Part shown: positions 21,302 through 26,238 of the stretch, one piece after another
How positions within the stretch are numbered: the stretch's first letter is position 1
Layout: every line of letters starts with the position of its first letter
Source: Octopus sinensis
Lineage: Eukaryota
Direction of reading: 5' to 3'
DNA length: 26,238 bases
NCBI RefSeq assembly: GCF_006345805.1
Contig: NW_021835600.1
Location: 1 to 26,238, forward strand
Translations under genes and position numbers: made by a program
Notes under the pieces: generated by a model
What the model was told of the DNA's origin: nothing
Databases searched by the model: none
What the model saw: the letters and a program-made list of their open reading frames with translations, nothing else

Positions 21302-21443
21302 TATATATACATTCATTCAAACACAGGTACATACACACACGTATGTATAATATATATAATATTATATATAATATATGTATTTATACATATATATATATAT
21401 AATATATATAGCATATATATATACATAAATATATATCTATATG

Positions 21444-21474
<31 letters not shown>

Positions 21475-21490
21475 ATGTATGTATATTATA

Positions 21491-21540
<50 letters not shown>

Positions 21541-21909
21541 TTCATATATATATAAAACATATATATATAAATAATGTACTGGCGTACACGGGCAAGCGCA
21601 TAATTATACATGTAGGCGTACAGACACTCACTACACAACCGCACCCGTCCGCACAAGCAAGGCGGAAAATGTATAACCTAGCTTATGGGAATTGAATTCT
21701 GCATCTGCTTTAAGCATCTGCTGGTGTTAACTATTACTGCGTGAGGTCATCACAACTTCAAGAACGAATTTTGAATGCCATACACACACACATATATATA
21801 TATATATATAAAATCCTTTTCTTTTGGTGTTATTCATCTTAACCTATCCTTCCAATTGATGTGCGTCTGTTTAGGGGATAGAGTTCTGAAGCTATAGAAT
21901 ACGATCCGA

Positions 21910-22095
21910 GTTTGGAATTATGTCGGGAGTCGGTACCAGACCTTGCCCTCGGGCCGAATCTCACTAACAGGTTTCATATGCACTGTTTATCTATTCCACC
22001 AGTGTATGTGTGTGTATACATGTATGCATGTGTATAATTATATACAGAGAGAAAGAAAGAGAGTCATAGAGAGATAGAAATAGACATTATATACA
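21910..22095 (+). repeat. Copy 1 of a ~185-bp local direct duplication
   Basis: Aligns along its length with 24702-24885. Confidence 0.85.
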
Positions 22096-22202
22096 GGGAT
22101 ATGATGTATTATTTGTACGTATATATATATGTGTATGTATGCATGCACACGTGCAAACACTCACACGCACACACTCACACACATGCATTCATATATGCAC
22201 AT

Positions 22203-22253
<51 letters not shown>

Positions 22254-22370
22254 TATATATACATACATATATACATACATACATACAACATAAACATGTC
22301 TATATGAGTGTAGTTAATTACACACACACAAACACACACATACACACACACACACATAATATATATATAT

Positions 22371-22780
22371 ACTCTTTTACTCTTTACTCTTTTACTTGTT
22401 TCAGTCATTTGACTGCGGCCATGCTGGAGCACCGCCTCAGTCGAGCAATCGACCCCGGGACGTATTCTTTGTAAGCCTAGTACTTATTCTATCGGTCTCT
22501 TTTGCCGAACCGCTAGGTGACGGGGACGTAAACACATCAGCATCGGTTGTCAAGCAATGCTAGGGGGACAAAAACACAGACACACAAACACACACACATA
22601 TAAATATATATATACATATACGACAGGCTTCTTTCAGTTTCCGTCTACCAAATCCACTCACAAGGCATTGGTCGGCCGGGGGCCATAGCAGAAGACACTT
22701 GCCCAAGATGCCACGCAGTGGGACTGAACCCGGAACCATGTGGTTGTGTTAGCAGCTACTTACCACACAGCACTCCTGCG
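22371..22780 (-). mobile_element. SINE family A, full length
   Basis: Reverse complement of 14286-14685. Confidence 0.9.
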
Positions 22781-23004
22781 CCTATATATATATATATATT
22801 ATATATTATATACACACACCTATATATAAAAATACGAATATATATATATATATATCAAAGTTTGTATTTGTCAGGTTCTGTATAAAAGCAATTTACATTA
22901 AGCTGAAAAATTACCCCAAACTTATCGTAGTAAATTACACTTTACATACACATTTATACATACATATATATATATATATATACACACCACAAATACATAT
23001 ATAT

Positions 23005-23035
<31 letters not shown>

Positions 23036-23036
23036 C

Positions 23037-23100
<64 letters not shown>

Positions 23101-23558
23101 GCAAATACATACATATATATATATATGCATAAACATACATCCATACACATACGCTCATACACGCGTACGCACATGCACACATGCATGCAATCGTGTATCC
23201 ACATTCATATGCACATACATGTAACCATAAAGACATACACCTAACACACGAGTACATACACATCTGCATCTTAAATCGATAGTCGGGGTTGTTGTAATGC
23301 TGTTTACTTCAATCTAAATCTACTTTAAAAGACATTAAACGCCTCATTTTGGAAGTATGAAAGCTTACCATTAATGTCTTGGAGGAGAATTAATCGATTT
23401 TTCTCGAATCCACCCGACTCCCCAAATCAGTACAAATTTCCACCATCGATATCGATCGCACCATCTTTAAATCAGTATGTATACATATATAACACACACA
23501 CACACACATATAATATATATATGTATATATATATATAAAATAATATATATAATATATA

Positions 23559-23628
<70 letters not shown>

Positions 23629-23634
23629 AAGTGA

Positions 23635-23795
23635 GTCCCCGTCACTTAGCGGTTCGGCAAAAGAGAACGATAGAATAAGTACTGGGGCTTACAAAGAATA
23701 AGTCCCAGGGTCGATTTGCTCAACTAAAGGCGGTGCTCCAACATGGCCGCAGTCAAATGACTGAAACAAGTGTAAAAAGGTAAAGAGTAAAAGAG
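23635..23795 (+). mobile_element. SINE family A, 3' half
   Basis: gtccccgtcacttagcggttcggcaaaagag...ggcggtgctccaacatggccgcagtcaaatgactgaaacaag. Confidence 0.9.
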
Positions 23796-23796
23796 C

Positions 23797-23828
<32 letters not shown>

Positions 23829-23912
23829 CATTATATATAATATACATATATATATATATTTATATTATATATATGATCTATATGTATTATATATATATAA
23901 TTTATATATATA

Positions 23913-23950
<38 letters not shown>

Positions 23951-23982
23951 ATTTATATATGTGTGTGTGTATATATATATAT

Positions 23983-24550
23983 AGAACTTGAGGCGATCCA
24001 ACGAAGCTACACGAAGAAGATAGCCTCTATGCAGAATGTAAGCTACTGGGAAAGACTCAAGAGATTAAAATTATATTCCCTGGAGCGTAGGCGGGAGAGA
24101 TATGGCATAATATACATCTGGAAGATCTGGAGGGAAGTGTCCTGAACTTTGCATCGAGAGTTACGCAAATGCCAGAACGAAGCTGGCGCCACTGCGTGGT
24201 GCCTAGGACTCCAAACTTGCCATCAGATGTAGGACAAGATTCTGTGATAGCCTGGGCTTCCGAGGCCCACAGCTCTTCAATATCCTCCCGAAGAACCTGA
24301 GAGACCTGCATGGGGTGGATACAGATGTCTTTAAAATGGAGCTAGATCTCTTCCTGTCAGGTGTCCCAGATGAACAACTTCACGGCAGGAGGGGCAGATG
24401 AGGGCAGCTGCATCGAACTCTCTCATGCAACCAAATAGCAGTTGCTAGAAAGCCTCCATGAAGTGAAACCAAGTAGCAACACCAAAAATGGCCGGTGCCC
24501 CAGCATGGCCACAACTCATAAGCTGAAACTAGAATCAATTAATCAATCAT
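23983..24550 (+). mobile_element. CR1/L2-group LINE family 1, 3' fragment
   Basis: ELEAIQRSYTKKI...YWERLKRLKLYSLERRRERYGIIYIWKI, later FKMELDLFLSGVPDE. Ends in an (AATC)n-like tail. Distinct in sequence from 19227-21157. Confidence 0.88.
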
Positions 24551-24577
24551 CAATCATATATTATTATATATTTATAT

Positions 24578-24642
<65 letters not shown>

Positions 24643-24643
<1 letters not shown>

Positions 24644-24700
24644 CACCGTGACCGACCAGGTTATCAGATGTTCCTACACGTCGCTAGTCACAATGCGATG
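24643..24700 (-). mobile_element. SINE family C 3' fragment
   Basis: gtgaccgaccaggttatcagatgtt...tcgctagtcacaatgcg matches 6428-6476. Confidence 0.7.
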
Positions 24701-24701
24701 T

Positions 24702-24877
24702 GTTTGGAATTATGTCGAGTGTCGGTACAAGACCTGCCCTCGGGCCGCGAATCTCACTAACAGGTATCATATGCACTGTTTACCTATTCCATCTGTATGT
24801 ATGTGTGTATACATAAAGGATATGCATATTTATAATCAGAGAGAAAGAAAGAGTCATAGAGAGGTAGACGTAGACAT

Positions 24878-24885
<8 letters not shown>
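24702..24885 (+). repeat. Copy 2 of the ~185-bp local duplication
   Basis: Aligns with 21910-22095. Confidence 0.85.
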
Positions 24886-24913
<28 letters not shown>

Positions 24914-24918
24914 TATAC

Positions 24919-24954
<36 letters not shown>

Positions 24955-24956
<2 letters not shown>

Positions 24957-25445
24957 GGGCGAGCAAAATTCCCGAGACCCATAGATGTGTTCCCTCCACC
25001 GATCTTTGTCCCTCGTCATCGCTGCCGTCTCCTGTGTCTCCCAGAGATCAGTGTCTGTCCTCAGGGCATCAACATATGTCATCCTCGGTGTCCCTATCCT
25101 AGTGTGTCCGTGTGTGTTCTTCCACAAGACTACTGAGTACAGTATCATATCTGAATTACGATGATCATGTCCAGCTAAACTCATTCCCCTCTGTATTATT
25201 TTCGAGCTAACTACTGGGAGGTTCTCGTACAGTTCTGAGCTTTTCATCCTCAGCGTATGCTGATTAATGTTCAGAGCTATCCTCAGCATTCTCATGTAGC
25301 ACCCACCCATCGTCTGAGTGAGTTTCTTGGTAAGTGTCCAAGTCTCAGACCCGTACAACAGGACAGACTCCAGTGTAGCAATGAAGAGACGGATCTTTAG
25401 GTCTTTACTTCCGACTTCCATACAAATCTCAATCTGAGGCATGCC
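24955..25445 (-). mobile_element. RTE-clade LINE 3' fragment
   Basis: KIRLFIATLESVLLYGSETWTLT...LAGH...LW...GxPRMTYVDAL...MTRDKDRW matches the RTE ORF C-terminus. Confidence 0.85.
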
Positions 25446-25489
25446 TCCCACGCATACACACACATATATATGTGCATGTGTGCGTATAA

Positions 25490-26038
25490 AGCAAATGAAT
25501 AACGAGGATGTCCAGGTATCAGTGCATTACGGCCGTTTCAAGCACCATCAGGAGTATTCAAGCGGTTCCAGCAGTGCTGTTTTCTGCAAGTTCACCTTAT
25601 TGCAGCCCCTATTCTTCTGTATCTTCTCAAGATTTTTACTCACTATTCCAGGCTTCGACAATTATTGGTACTACTACCATCTTTTTCAATGACCACAACT
25701 GCTTAACCTCCCAAGCTAACCTGTCATATCTATCGACTTTTCTTTCTTCCTTATCGCATACCTTGTTGTCAGCTGTGCATGCTATGTCTATGATCCAGCA
25801 TCGTCTACTTTCTTAACACTATGCCTGGTTTTCTATTCTCTATCGCATGGTCGCACTGAATCATAAAATCCCATAAGATCTTTGCACTATCATTTTCGAT
25901 GATGCCTTCGGGTTTATATTCGTACCATTTTTTGCTCTGTCAAGTCCATACTTGATGCAAAAGTCACCAATGGACAATCCTTGCTACATTTTCATGACTC
26001 TCTTATATTCTTTCTGGGCTAGCGGCGTACTTGACTGA
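25490..26038 (-). mobile_element. R4/Dong-like non-LTR retrotransposon fragment (restriction-like endonuclease domain), degenerate
   Basis: Frameshifted LAQKEYK.HENVARIVHW...WYEYKPEGIIENDSAKILWDFMIQCDHAIENRKPGIV...IIDIAC...VVVPIIV...QKTALL follows the R4-clade pattern. Confidence 0.85.
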
Positions 26039-26039
26039 T

Positions 26040-26145
26040 CATCATCATTATTGTTATTATTATTATTGTTATTATTATTATTATTATTATTATATTATTT
26101 ATTATTATTGTTATTGCTGTTGTTGTTGTTGTTATCATTATTATT
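26040..26145. repeat. (ATT)n/(GTT)n array
   Basis: Read directly. Abuts the 5' junction of the R4-like fragment. Confidence 0.95.
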
Positions 26146-26238
26146 CGAGTTCTTATAAAAGTGCACATTCCCTACACACTCACCCCAAAAGACATAAGTC
26201 GCACCTAGAGAGACCAGATTCTGTGTATCCTGATACGT

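Overview
AT-rich eukaryotic non-coding or intronic DNA, packed with microsatellites and retroelements. The SINE families and overall texture look like a coleoid cephalopod, most likely Octopus (inferred from recall, not a search). There is no complete protein-coding gene. Most long ORFs in the track are translations of (TA)n, (CA)n, (GATA)n or trinucleotide repeats. Supported content: fragments of non-LTR retrotransposons from several clades (two Tx1/L1 copies, two CR1/L2-group families, HERO, RTE, R4/Dong), Penelope-like termini, at least four tRNA-derived SINE families, a Helentron-type non-autonomous element, a ~106-bp higher-order minisatellite, an isolated tRNA-like cloverleaf and a few weak exon candidates. 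Best leads: (1) two independently 5'-truncated Tx1 copies that each sit in (GATA)n arrays on both sides, suggesting a (GATA/TCTA)n-targeting retrotransposon; (2) a two-hairpin 3' tail with compensatory base changes shared by one SINE and two different LINE families; (3) minimal type-I hammerhead-ribozyme-like motifs. Many frameshifts are single-base indels that may be long-read assembly errors.
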